DNA of 63,760 nt, counting the filler, from Octopus bimaculoides (taxonomy: Eukaryota): assembly GCF_001194135.2 (NCBI RefSeq). It is 7 parts of 5 records of this genome, joined end to end, with 100 filler letters (N's around TTAATTAATTAA, not from the genome) between each part and the next. Parts side by side here need not be neighbours in the genome. Positions count along the whole stretch, not along the records: positions 19,573 to 32,789 come from NC_068982.1; positions 32,890 to 35,573 come from NW_026323312.1; positions 35,674 to 46,148 come from NC_069003.1; 4 more parts are not named here. One strand, 5' to 3'. Both the position numbers and the translations under genes were made by a program. Shown here one piece after another: positions 26,535 to 39,987 of the stretch. Positions within the stretch are counted from its first letter, which is position 1; every line of letters begins with the position of its first letter. Below the pieces are notes generated by a model. It did not search any database, was not told the DNA's origin, and saw only the letters and a list, made by a program, of their open reading frames with translations.

Positions 26535-26699
26535 GTGTATGTTTGGGTGTATATATGTATTTTTGCGTGCGTTGTAGTGCAAATAATTGTGAAAGCTCCA
26601 TCGTACAATATTACATCGTCATAATTCAATTCCCGAGGTTTATACCATTATTAGTGTTTCTAACCTCCTCTTCTATTATCATTACCGAGTGAAAGAGTA

Positions 26700-27250
26700 G
26701 CGTATACCATCGAAATGGCAATGATGCAAAGCTCGATTTACCCATTATGATTACCCGTCTGATAAGGGTACGCAAGGTACATGCATCTCAACCATATGTG
26801 CGCGACATGGTGATCTCATATCAAGACATACAGCGCATAGACTTGCAGGTGGGACCCAGTTAGAAATTTCCTCAAGTCGCGGGGTCTACTCTGCTCAAAA
26901 GGTTCCTGAATAAGACTTATTTAAGAATGAACAAAGCACCCATGTTTGTAGACGTGAATTATTCAAACCCAAATTATTCTTCTCAAAAGATTGTTATGAT
27001 GATCCCTTCACTAATTATGTTCATGTTCAGAGATGCACAGATCGTCATCTACCAAGGGATATGCTCAACTGGTTAAGACCAAGCAACTGAGAAACAAATC
27101 AATGGGCATTGGTCAGAATAATTGCTGTGACCCATCTTTTACAACAAGACAAAACATGTACATGGTAACACTTCTGCACAGCTAAGATCAGGAGACAAGA
27201 AAGCCACTTCCTGGGACTGCATCAGAACATTTATAATTATTATTATTGTT
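26700..27250 (+). repeat. Probable interspersed retroposon (about 550 bp) ending in an (ATT)n tail
   Basis: Non-coding block of higher GC ending in ttataattattattatt; resembles an abundant octopus repeat recalled from memory, not verified. Confidence 0.4.
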
Positions 27251-27708
27251 ATTTGGAAATTTTTTTGTATCTTAGCCCTATGATAGGATTTAGGTGGGTT
27301 TACTCTTGGATAACGACCCTGAGGTCAACACAGTATCCACTAGGCCACGAGGGTGTTACTCTCGAAAATGGCAGGGTCGTTGACGCGTCGGAAGATATGA
27401 TTTACATTATCTCTTCTGACTAAATTCTGAGTTCAGATTCCATTTGTCTGGGGAAGGCAACGGAAAACCATTCCAAATTCCATCCAAATTTTTATACATC
27501 GGAAAATATGCAGGAGAAAAAAAATCCATATACTTCATAACATATTATGGTTGCGAAACAAAATGCCGCATACTTACAAGTCATTAGTCTTTACATACCA
27601 GCTGCTAGGAATGCATGTTATTTGTAAAATTGATATATCCAATAACCACACACCGCTGCATTTAGTGGTTATTTAATCAATGTGTTTGAGGATGATTAAA
27701 TAATTAGA

Positions 27709-27757
27709 TGGGTGCTGATGAAGGGGCAGCAACCTCGAAATATGGCATATGTGCCTG
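27709..27757 (+). ncRNA. Type I hammerhead ribozyme motif with non-cleavable G17
   Basis: tgggtg-CTGATGA(27715-27721)-a-GGGG cagcaa CCTC-GAA-ATATG g CATAT-G-tgcctg. Confidence 0.55.
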
Positions 27758-30700
27758 TTACTCATTTTTCATAATCGATCTCATTGTTTGTTTACATCTG
27801 ACGTCACGTATGCGTAAAGTCGTAACAAAAAAATTAATCTGGCTATAATTTCTATATGATATCTGTAGAGGTATCGTTAACATGTATAATTTTTAAGAAT
27901 CATATTTATATAACAGTGAGAAAAAATTAATCGAAATTAAACTGAATATTCATAATTTCACAAACCAGGTAACGCAATTCATTGCTTGAACAGGAACTTT
28001 TTAATTGAACGCCCTAATATTATACAGTTCCTGTAAACATAAATTTTATGCCCAAGCTTATACAGTTATTGGAATTTAGAAGGAAGTTTACAGAAATAGA
28101 TTAATTGGTGTTCTAGAAAATGCTAATCAAACCCGAAAGCAAAGTTCCGTTAGTGGAATTTCTTTGATATCCAAATGAACTAGAGTTATATAAATGCACT
28201 TCTAAAGAAACTCAGCCGTCGTATAATTATCTTTGTGTTTTTTCAAGATAATAGAGGGAAATCGGATGGAACTAGTTTCCTGCATTATCAATTATCATGT
28301 TCACCAACCGCGTGTATATTTTATCTAAATGATAATTCTAGTAAAATAATTATGAAGCATATTAATTAATTAATTAACGTTAATGCTACTACTGCAAGTA
28401 ATTATTATTTTTTTTCTAATCAATGTACATAACTAACAATTTTGTGGAGGTGTAGGAATTTTTAAAACATTATCACATGACTGGTACTTCATTTTAATCA
28501 TCAATCAGCGTCCAAAACGGAATTTGATTTCTCAATGTAAAGAACTGGAACGAAGACTGCAAATTCTTCTGAGCGGAAATTTTTTTTATTGCAAATGCAA
28601 ACATTTAGAACAACCAAATATCTGAATTAATGGAATACATAAATGGAAATATATTAATGGATTATAGACAAAATAGATATGTTCTGAACTTATTACAAAC
28701 CAACAAATTTGTATAATTGATTATATCCTTTTTCTCATTGAGAAAGTACATATGTTTATATATGTATTCATTACTTCCAGACACTTTAACTGTTTATTTG
28801 TCTTTCAATGTAACACCACCGACTCTGCCGTGTCTGTTTTTAACAATTTTCTCTCTCTTGTAAGCATTGCCACCCCCTCACTTTAGATCAAAAAACAGTT
28901 TCCTCTATTTATCCTTCCATTATTATATCAGTGTTAGATACTTAGAAAACGCTCATAGAAGCTACCCTTGTTCCTCAGAGTTACACAACGTTCAATATAT
29001 TTTATTCCATCCCCTCATTCACCGCACATATACTACCGACACATGTGCATTCTTCAAACATGTCGATGAAGTTCACTCTAACAGTGAAAATTGTTTCTAA
29101 ACTCTCTTTGGATCAATTTCAAGTTTTATCTTCAAAGGTTACATACGAAAATCTAACGCATATGGAGAATATTGAGAGATAAATGTTATAACCGAATGTG
29201 AATGCTACTTTTCTTTCAAGATGGCAGAAGTGTATGATGTTACATTGGAGCGTTGGTGGATAATAAAGTATACTGTATCTACATTATACTGAAGATAATA
29301 GTATTTCATTGATATATCCACGGGAGGATAATCACCAGTTTAGTTTTACCCGCCTTACTGTTGATAAGCTAAGAGTACAGTATTTATCGATCAAGCATTT
29401 ATGTAATTTTCTGTTGGAGTGAATTGAATAAATATAGTTGGAGTCCAGTTGTTTTCCTATTTTTCTGTTACTAAAATATGCGCAATATTATTTTGCAGAT
29501 TACCCTGGTATAGTATAGCGTTTTAAGAAACGCATAATATAGTGAAGTATGTTATTGGTAAAAGAACAAAAATAAAGATAAAAAGTAAGAAACTATATAA
29601 CATAAATTACAGTGAATATGTAAACTGAAAAATGATATCCCCAAAAGAGTCCATGATGTACGAGAGTGTAATTACTAAGATACCAAAGAAGAGTGCACTC
29701 TCTGATGGTGGTGGTGGTGGGGATTAGACGGAATATAATTCTAAAGATATTGAAAGGAAAAGTTAATTTTCTAACGGCCGATATATAACCTCTGAAGATA
29801 TGCGTAACCTTACTAATAAATGTTACAGTTTTATCTTATGAATTATTATATGAAAAGCCTTTTCACAAAGGCAAGAGATTATGATGTTATATCGTTCTTA
29901 GCATTGTAACTAAATTAGTAAATTAGTAATATTTGAGCGAAATCTCCTGTGTGTTGTGTACAGAGACCTGTTTCTCAGTAATGGTGAGAAAAATATGAAG
30001 ATTCAATAGATAATTGATGTACTCATCCGAGTTCAAATGCAATTGATTCTATTGTATAAGTAGCAGAATAGAAGACAACTGTTTATTAAATTTTTTACTG
30101 AAACGATCGAATGGCTACTCCGTTCGTAGTCCGTCATTGGAGTTATCCGAATTAGTAACTTTCTCTCTTAGGAGATGGTCATAATGGATAATGTAGTTTT
30201 AAAAGCAACAAGTCTGTAATAGTAGCAGGATATTAAACGCTGAGATATATTATACACTGTATGTGTATTTGATCAGCAACTATTGAGATATCGTATGTGA
30301 ATCTCTCCATTGGCAATAAAACAACGGTAATGGGTCAAACGACGATGGATGCTGCCTAGTTACGATTAACAGACTACGGAATTTTATATTCCACATATTA
30401 ATGTGATGCTCATATTTTTCGAAGGACATGTAGAGTAAATGAAGTATAATGAGAGCAGATAAGAAACGAGTCATGATCCCGACTTAGTCGTTTATCTCTG
30501 ATACCATATTACATGCAGTAATCTCAGTTCATATAAAAGATCGTTTGATGCTAACTATATGGAGTATATATTGCGAGGAAGAACTGAATATCGAATAATG
30601 ATAGGATACATGTTATCATCCCTAATTTATCATCAAATTTCTTCTTCAATTCTGTTTTATTATCAAATTTATTCACATTGTTAATACATTTCAACGATGG

Positions 30701-31979
30701 CATTTATTTCTGCTGCCGAGAAAGATATCTAGCAATGGAGCACTGTAAATGATACTGTTTACTTGAAAGTCACATGTAGAGCGAAGGAATAAAGCGTGGT
30801 TGGAGATCAAATGACAAAACTGATTAATAGTTTGATGCTGAATATTCGAGTTTTTCAAGTTGAATTGGACAGAGAGAGAGAGAGGCAGACAGACAGACAG
30901 AGAGAAATAGTATACCATTACAGGTCATACGTTGATTAAACAGTCTCCTTGTCACTCGTATATATAATTTCTTGCGCACGTTTACAAAGATATGAACTGG
31001 TGACAGAAGAGTAAAATCTCTTAACCATGTACAGTGGATGCTTTTTGGAGTGAGATAAGACAAGATACCCTCTGAAACTTACCTGTGGACAATTTCCAGC
31101 AAAGGATAACTTCGTCTGTGCAACATGGTGGTGACTGAGTTTGTAGAGTAAGTTGAAGGAGTTGTGTTTTAAGTTTAGTTGTCTGTATGTAAAGGTAGTA
31201 GTGTAGATTGAAATAGTGTTATAAGCGCTGTTGTTTGAAGATGTGACGTCAGAGATGTTGCTTAATTTTGTAGTACAGTTTGAAGCTGTATACATTAAAG
31301 TTACAGTGTAGGCTGATGCTATGTCATAAGAGGCGTAAACTAAAGTAGTCGTGCAGTTTGAAGACTTCATGTAACATAGAGATGTTGAGCAAATTGAAGA
31401 TGCAGATATACGTTATGGTGTAGGTGTCGGGGATTGTAATAGTCCTACACATTAAATTTATAGTGTCGAATGAAGCTGTGGTGAAGGTAGTTGATACCAG
31501 ATTACGTTCAGATGTACGTTGGCGTAAACATTGGTAGTTGAAGTTATGATTTAGTTAAAAATTGTTTAAAAGATGGATTATGTTGAGATCATGATGTAGA
31601 CTGAAGCTGTGTACTTGCCACATTACTTTCTCCAGCAATTTTCCAAAGCGACGCCTTCATATAGAACCCATTTTACATTGGGACTAATTGTTCATGGAGT
31701 GATTTACTAGTAGAGAATATTAGTGATAAGAAACATCGATTGTGTAGTGGATAAAAAGTGAAATCCCCTCTAAGTCTCGGGAAGAGGGTTAGTCAGTAGA
31801 CAATATCGTAATCAGATCTACAGATTTGAGATGCTAAAGGAGCAGATGCATATTTAGACATACCCATTGCGTGATTACACACAATAAACTTCTAAAGTCT
31901 CAGATCAAGTCACTTGCAAGTTCAATATCCGTAATATGTATATATGTATATATATATATCAATCTATCTATATATACAT

Positions 31980-32038
<59 letters not shown>

Positions 32039-32243
32039 NNNNNNNNNNNNNNNNNNNNNNNNNNNNNNNNNNNNNNNNNNNNNNNNNNNNNNNNNNNNNN
32101 NNNNNNNNNNNNNNNNNNNNNNNNNNNNNNNNNNNNNNNNNNNNNNNNNNNNNNNNNNNNNNNNNNNNNNNNNNNNNNNNNNNNNNNNNNNNNNNNNNNN
32201 NNNNNNNNNNNNNNNNNNNNNNNNNNNNNNNNNNNNNNNNNNN

Positions 32244-32326
<83 letters not shown>

Positions 32327-32700
32327 TAGATAATGTATCTATTATGACTACTATTGTCATTTTTATTTCTATTTTTATTATTGTTAAGGTGGCGAGCTGG
32401 CAGAATCGCTCGTACGCCGGTCAAGATGCATAACGGCTTTTCATCCGTCTTTATGTTCTGAGTCGAAATTCTGCCGGGGTCGAATTTGCCTTTCATTCTT
32501 CGGGGTCGATGAAAATGTATACCAGTGGAGTGGTGGGGGTAATTAATTAGCCACCTGCTCCAAAATGTATGGAGCACTGATGATGTGCTAGGACAGCATA
32601 TCTAAGGAGTTGGCTATGGAATTTCACATTTCACGCTTACTTTGAGATCCTGCAATCTAGTTCTGTTCGTTGGAAGTGGCAGTATATATATATGTGTGTG

Positions 32701-32731
<31 letters not shown>

Positions 32732-33132
32732 GTGTGTGTGCGTTTGCGTGTATGTGTGTATGTGTATGTGTGTGTGTATGTGTGTGTGTNNNNNNNNNNN
32801 NNNNNNNNNNNNNNNNNNNNNNNNNNNNNNNNNTTAATTAATTAANNNNNNNNNNNNNNNNNNNNNNNNNNNNNNNNNNNNNNNNNNNNATCAGTAATAA
32901 TTTATTCAAAACTAACAGTTATTAGTTTCTCATAACTTCGCTTATCTAGCGTTGCTCGGATAAGCGAAATTATTCAAAGCTAAAAGACAATTGCGAATAA
33001 CTAATCTATACTATAAATTGCAGTGTTCTTGATTGCTTGATTGATTGATNNNNNNNNNNGATTGAGTGTCGGCAGATTCACTCGAGAACGGTGCAGTGGA
33101 ATCGCGTGAGATTCAGCACAGAGCGGCAGCAT

Positions 33133-35318
33133 TATCTCTTTATTACCCACTAGGGGTCAAACAAAGAAGGGACAATACAACTGATTGGTGTCAGATAAAA
33201 CTATGGAGTTACGTATAATGCGAAACAATTAAAAGTTTGGTGATTAAAAATATAATGAAATCGGAGAAATCGAATGTTACAATATACAAAGCACAAAACA
33301 ACATAGACAGATGAAGTGGGGGACTGGGTTACGCTCCGACCCCACGAACCCCATCCCACCACTGACACTTTTGAAGNNNNNNNNNNNNNNNNNNNNNNNN
33401 CTCTTTCACTCGCAACACTCGAGCGACATATTTCCATCTTGCATCCAAACTTCCTGACCCGACGCCATTTAGGAAGCGCCCCTGCTTCCAACTCGACGAC
33501 AGGCCGCGTACATTTNNNNNNNNNNGCGTACATTTAAACATCCAATATGAACAGCCATAAGTGTCTTACCTTAGTCGGTGTCTGGCAGGGGGGAAACCCC
33601 CGCCTCTTCCACTCTATCTGAGGCCTGTGGAGTCGGAGGAATAAAGTTCTCCACCATAATTGGCACGTAGTCCAATCTTGGGACCCCGATATCTCTTCTA
33701 TAGTTATTGCTGAGTATATTAAAAATTCTCATAGTTGTTTTATAGACGGCNNNNNNNNNNNNNNNNNNNNNNNNNNNNNNNNNNNNNNNNNNNNNNNNNN
33801 NNNNCGTTGCCAGGTGGTTCATCAGCTCTCTGTTTGAGGTTCGAACCACCATGTGAACACCACATTTTTTATTTTTTTTCCTTATCTTTCGTTGGGGAGG
33901 GTTGTTTTAACTTTCTTTTGTTGGACACAGTAGTCCAACNNNNNNNNNNTTAACTTTCTTTTGTTGGACACAGTAGTCCAACCCTCTCCAACCTTTTCCG
34001 CTGGCACAGGTGTTTGATCCTTTTTCGTTTCCTGTTCTTCTTCTACTACTTCTGGATCCTTCCTTTTTTTTCTTGTTTCCTTCCTTTTTTCTTCTGTTTC
34101 CTTCCTTTTTTCTTCTTGGCTAGTTTTTCCTTCCTCTGTCTTCTGATTACAGTTCGCCCTGAGGTGGCCCTTCTTGACACACTGGAAGCAACGAGGTTTG
34201 AGGCCTTCCACCGACACGACTAATCGTGTGCCGCCAACCTCAAAACTTTCAATTATTTCCTCCAGTGTGGCCTGTTCCGCTTGAATTGTCATTTTNNNNN
34301 NNNNNNNNNNNNNNNNNNNNNNNNNNNNNNNNNNNNNNNNNNNNNNNNNNNNNNNNNNNNNNNNNNNNNNNNNNNNNNNNNNNNNNNNNNNNNNNNNNNN
34401 NNNNNNNNNNNNNNNNNNNNNNNNNNNNNNNNNNNNNNNNNNNNNNNNNNNNNNNNNNNNNNNNNNNNNNNNNNNNNNNNNNNNNNTGTTCTCCTACCCA
34501 TGTACAGTGGTAGGAGAACCACATTTTCCGTTCCCAGGGACTCTACAGAATAGAGTCGGGCAGCTTCCTCTGACTCCATTCTCACCTCTACCGTAGCATA
34601 ACNNNNNNNNNNGCTTCCTCTGACTCCATTCTCACCTCTACCGTAGCATAACGCTTGCCTCTGGTGATATAAGTAATTTTTTCCAGTATCTGTTTCAGGT
34701 ACTTTTCGATCTCGGCCTCCGAGACGTACTCTATTTTCTTTTCTTTTTCGCTGTACATCTTGAATATTAGCGTTTCCTTCTCTATTCTTTCCATAAAACN
34801 NNNNNNNNNTCTTGAATATTAGCGTTTCCTTCTCTATTCTTTCCATAAAACTTTGGGGATGGGGTTGCGATAACGCCGTGCCCCTCCCTTTTCATCATGT
34901 GTTTATGTTTCTCAACATTACTGATGTTGACCTTTTTTTTTCTTGTCGCCAGCGACCGCTGCAAAATCCGATTTTTTCCTTGATTTTTCCTTTTCATTTT
35001 CGTTTACTTCTTTCAGGCTTTCTGCCTCAATATTCCCTTTTGCCAATGCTGGCCAATTTTTTGCAATCACCTGCTGTCTATCCCTGTCACATACTTCTTC
35101 GTTTTCCTGTCCAAAAACGAAATTTCTTGTTTCAGCCATCGTGTAGGTCTCCCTACACGGGGAAACCGTTGCCGGTTTCACCAACTGTAACAAAAAATTT
35201 TTCCTTTTTTTTTCACAAGTTAACAATTAAAGTTAACAACACAATAACACAGTCAAAATCAACAAAAATATTCCACTTGTAGGATAACAATCCACACTAT
35301 TCAAAAGACGTCAAAGAA
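33133..35318 (-). mobile_element. Tx1/L1-type element with both ends: ORF1 with CCHC knuckle, ORF2 almost entirely deleted, 22-bp TSD
   Basis: TSD attcagc(a/c)cagagcggcagcat at 33111-33132 and 35319-35340; CFQCVKKGHLRANC; LLPLYMGRRT; ORF2 start IGCLNVRGL fused to ORF2 end RWKYVARVLRV; family 3' end gtgggtaataaagagat. Confidence 0.85.
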
Positions 35319-36539
35319 ATTCAGCCCAGAGCGGCAGCATGGTCCGCTCATGTTCAGGAGATTTTTATTGCCCTCCNNNNNNNNNNNNNNNNNNNNNNNN
35401 NNNNNNNNNNNNNNNNNNNNNNNNNNNNNNNNNNNNNNNNNNNNNNNNNNNNNNNNNNNNNNNNNNNNNNNTCAAAGTGGGGAGGGGCGATTTTGTTGCC
35501 TTTCCCATACGCGAAATTTTAATAAAAACCAGCACAATAAAGATTATTTTTTTCCAAGTAATGTGGCTGGGTTNNNNNNNNNNNNNNNNNNNNNNNNNNN
35601 NNNNNNNNNNNNNNNNNTTAATTAATTAANNNNNNNNNNNNNNNNNNNNNNNNNNNNNNNNNNNNNNNNNNNNCTATTATTAACTGTTTCCTATGGATAG
35701 TAACGTGTGGCACACCGCTACTTTGCTCACTACACCGCCACCTACACCGCCCACTACTAAGCTACTCCACCACCTTGACACCACACTGCCTAGCCATCCC
35801 CGCCACTAAACTACCCCCGTTACCAAACTCCGTTGCCTGACCATCACACCGTCAAGCTTGCTCCGACACCGCCACCTCACCTAGTCGCCCCGCCAGAAAA
35901 ACACCATACCACCCGGCCATCCCCATCACCTAAGCACCCTAACACTAACACATAGCCACCACCACTTGGTCACTCCACCATCAAGCCATCCTACCGCTTA
36001 ACCACACCGCAATCGAACTATCACGTCATCTAGGCACCCCACCGCGTGGCCCCACACTGCCACACAACCCTATCAGCTCAGCTTCACCAACTTAGACACC
36101 TTCACCTCCAAGTCCGTCTGTATATCTGTCTGTCCGTCTGTATGTCTGTCTGTCCAATTATACCTCCCTTCACACCTCACTCCATTCCTCATATTCCTTT
36201 CTCTATTGATTGGTCTATCAGTTGACTCTTTATCGGGTCATCAGTTGACCTTTATACTCCGAGTACTCCTTCCGTAATCCTGTCCATTATTCTATCAACT
36301 CTTCTGTCGATATGTCCAGACAAAACTCCCGGTCACTCCACCCACCGCTGTAGCCCTGACGTCATTGTATTTGTACATACGTACGTACGCATGTATGTAT
36401 GTATGTATGTATGTATTTTAGTTCTTTGAAACAATGCATTGATGTGTTCTCTGATGATCCGTTGTGGTTAAGTACCCAATTGCACTATGGTGAAACGTAT
36501 GTAGGAACAAACTGTATAAACTTGTGTTTATCGTAATTC

Positions 36540-36832
36540 CCAGGCCGGGTGTTGTGAGTGTTTATTGAGCGAAAACACTTAAAGTTTCACGAGGCTCCTG
36601 CAGGGGATGGTGGCGAACCCTGCTGTACTATTTCACCACAACTTTCTCTCACTCTTTCTTCCTTTTCGGGTTGTACCTGTATTTCAAAGGGTCATCCTTG
36701 TCACACTGTGTCACGCTGAATCACCCCGAGAACTACGTGAAGAGTACACGTGTCTGTGGAGTGCTCAGTCACATGAGCAGGCTGTTCCGTTGATCGGATC
36801 AACTGGAACACTCGTCGTCATAACCGAATATG
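36540..36832 (-). mobile_element. SINE body, same family as 6697-6850
   Basis: Reverse-complement match over gcaggctgttccgttgatcggatcaactgg..cgtcgt. Confidence 0.8.
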
Positions 36833-36854
36833 TTGAATAAAATCATAATTAAAT

Positions 36855-36908
36855 GATCCTCCTGTATTTTCTTTTACCCAAAGTCAGGAACTTTTCAGCA
36901 CACTCTCG

Positions 36909-36912
<4 letters not shown>
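36855..36912 (-). mobile_element. Mariner-type MITE terminus (related termini at 1619-1693 and 53750-53860)
   Basis: rc TActcgagagtgtgctgaaaagttcctgac; compare TAcaagggtgggctgaaaagttc at 1619 and TAcaaggtgcattcaaaaagt at 53860. Confidence 0.45.
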
Positions 36913-36975
<63 letters not shown>

Positions 36976-37229
36976 GGCGGATTGTTACATCTAGAACTTT
37001 TGAACATACTTCCACGAGGGACCTTTAATTGACCTCTCGATAAGCTTGAAATAGTTGCCAAATCGCTCAAATTCGTATCCTACCGTCCCAAAAACGACCG
37101 CATTTGATACAGCCGTAGGTTACCTGCAGAGAAGGGGGAAAAACGGGATGATTACGGCTGGACGGACTTTGATCACAGTTCTACTCTATCAGAGTTGATC
37201 TGGTGGCCAAGTACCAGTTTGTCCACCAC

Positions 37230-38820
37230 CTCTACTACCACCACCACCATCACCACCACCACCAGCACCACTAGCTGGATACTTCTTTTGTAAACTCTAT
37301 TATATACAATTGCAGTCGACAAACAAGAATAAATGCTGCAATTTTAGTGATTTGGTGATATGATAGATGTTGTTGTTCGTGTTGGTAGTGGTAGTTGCGA
37401 TGACGTAGTGGTGGTAGTGACGGCGATAGTTTTGGTATTGGTATTAGTGGTGGTTGGTGTTGGTAGTGGCAGTGGTGATGATGATGATGATGATTGGGTG
37501 GGGGAAGGGTGGTTTTAGTTGTGTTGGTGGTGAGGGAGGTGGTAATAATAGTAATAGTAGTAGTGGTGGTGGTGGTGGTGGTGGNNNNNNNNNNNNNNNN
37601 NNNNNNNNNNNNNNNNNNNNNNNNNNNNNNNNNNNNNNNNNNNNNNNNNNNNNNNNNNNNNNNNNNNNNNNNNNNNNNNNNNNNNNNNNNNNNNNNNNNN
37701 NNNNNNNNNNNNNNNNNNNNNNNNNNNNNNNNNNNNNNNNNNNNNNNNNNNNNNNNNNNNNNNNNNNNNNNNNNNNNNNNNNNNNNNNNNNNNNNNNNNN
37801 NNNNNNNNNNNNNNNNNNNNNNNNNNNNNNNNNNNNNNNNNNNNNNNNNNNNNNNNNNNNNNNNNNNNNNNNNNNNNNNNNNNNNNNNNNNNNNNNNNNN
37901 NNNNNNNNNNNNNNNNNNNNNNNNNNNNNNNNNNNNNNNNNNNNNNNNNNNNNNNNNNNNNNNNNNNNNNNNNNNNNNNNNNNNNNNNNNNNNNNNNNNN
38001 NNNNNNNNNNNNNNNNNNNNNNNNNNNNNNNNNNNNNNNNNNNNNNNNNNNNNNNNNNNNNNNNNNNNNNNNNNNNNNNNNNNNNNNNNNNNNNNNNNNN
38101 NNNNNNNNNNNNNNNNNNNNNNNNNNNNNNNNNNNNNNNNNNNNNNNNNNNNNNNNNNNNNNNNNNNNNNNNNNNNNNNNNNNNNNNNNNNNNNNNNNNN
38201 NNNNNNNNNNNNNNNNNNNNNNNNNNNNNNNNNNNNNNNNNNNNNNNNNNNNNNNNNNNNNNNNNNNNNNNNNNNNNNNNNNNNNNNNNNNNNNNNNNNN
38301 NNNNNNNNNNNNNNNNNNNNNNNNNNNNNNNNNNNNNNNNNNNNNNNNNNNNNNNNNNNNNNNNNNNNNNNNNNNNNNNNNNNNNNNNNNNNNNNNNNNN
38401 NNNNNNNNNNNNNNNNNNNNNNNNNNNNNTGTTGGTGTATATTGAAGGTCGGGATGATGGCGAAGGTGGCAGCGGAGAGATGGGTAATGTAGGGTCGAGG
38501 GATGGTGGTGGTGCTGGTAGTGGTGGTGTTGGTTTCTGATAGCGGCAGTGGTGGGGCTGCTCAATGATGGTGGTGGTGGTGGGAGCGAGGAAGAGGGTAA
38601 TGTGACGTGATGACGGTGATGCTGGTAGCGTGGTAACGATGGATGGTGGCGGTGGTGGTGGTGGCGATGCCGATAGTGGTGATGATGTTATTGTGGCTGG
38701 TGGTGACGGTGTGAATATATGATGTATGTGACAAATTGTTGATGATTGCCGTTTGTTTGTTTGTTATTGCGATGTGCCGTCGGTGGCACACTATTGTTGT
38801 TGACGCTGCTGGTGGCGCTT
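37230..38820. repeat. Degenerate GGT/GAT/GTT trinucleotide arrays around an N gap
   Basis: Directly visible low complexity. Confidence 0.85.
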
Positions 38821-38904
38821 TGAAAAACGTGTTGGTGTTACGTGCTGATGCGAGTCGATTTTGTTGCAGTTGTTATTAATGATGTCGATGGGAAGACGGC
38901 ACGA

Positions 38905-39055
38905 TACTGTATGTATGTATGTATGTATGTATGTCTGTGTGTATATATGTGTGTGTGTATGTGTGCGTGTATGTGTGTGTGTATGTATGTATATATGTGT
39001 GTGTGTATGTGTGTGTGTGTGTTTGTATGTATGTGTGTGTGTATGTATGTATATA

Positions 39056-39089
<34 letters not shown>

Positions 39090-39700
39090 TGTGTATGTAT
39101 GTGTGTATGTATGTNNNNNNNNNNNNNNNNNNNNNNNNNNNNNNNNNNNNNNNNNNNNNNNNNNNNNNNNNNNNNNNNNNNNNNNNNNNNNNNNNNNNNN
39201 NNNNNNNNNNNNNNNNNNNNNNNNNNNNNNNNNNNNNNNNNNNNNNNNNNNNNNNNNNNNNNNNNNNNNNNNNNNNNNNNNNNNNNNNNNNNNNNNNNNN
39301 NNNNNNNNNNNNNNNNNNNNNNNNNNNNNNNNNNNNNNNNNNNNNNNNNNNNNNNNNNNNNNNNNNNNNNNNNNNNNNNNNNNNNNNNNNNNNNNNNNNN
39401 NNNNNNNNNNNNNNNNNNNNNNNNNNNNNNNNNNNNNNNNNNNNNNNNNNNNNNNNNNNNNNNNNNNNNNNNNNNNNNNNNNNNNNNNNNNNNNNNNNNN
39501 NNNNNNNNNNNNNNNNNNNNNNNNNNNNNNNNNNNNNNNGTATGTATGTATGTATTGTGTGTATGTATGTATGCATGCATGTATGTTTGTATGTATGTAT
39601 GTGTATGCATGTGTGTATAAATGTATGTATATGTGTGTAAATGTGTGTATGCGTTTATGTATGTATGTGTGTATCTGTGTACGTATGTATGTCTGTGTAC

Positions 39701-39731
<31 letters not shown>

Positions 39732-39830
39732 TGTATGCATGCATGCATGTATGTATGTATGTATGTATGTGTGTGTATGTATGCATGCATGGTGTATGAA
39801 TGCATGCATGTATGTATGTATCAACCTTGA
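38905..39830. repeat. (ATGT)n/(GT)n compound microsatellite with gap
   Basis: Directly visible. Confidence 0.95.
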
Positions 39831-39926
39831 ATGAGGAGAAGCATTCCATTTGTGACCATCTCGCCTCTATTCTAACCATTTGAGAACTCATGTCCATGTT
39901 ATCGAACGTGCTTGTTGTAGAGACAA

Positions 39927-39987
<61 letters not shown>

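Noticed and set aside
29220-29290. ttttctttcaAG followed by MAEVYDVTLERWWIIK
   Set aside because: No good donor; the frame stops after 23 codons
33900-34850. Short tandem duplications either side of 10-N gaps (33910-33985, 34560-34645, 34760-34850)
   Set aside because: Typical overlap artefact of unmerged contig ends, not biological duplication
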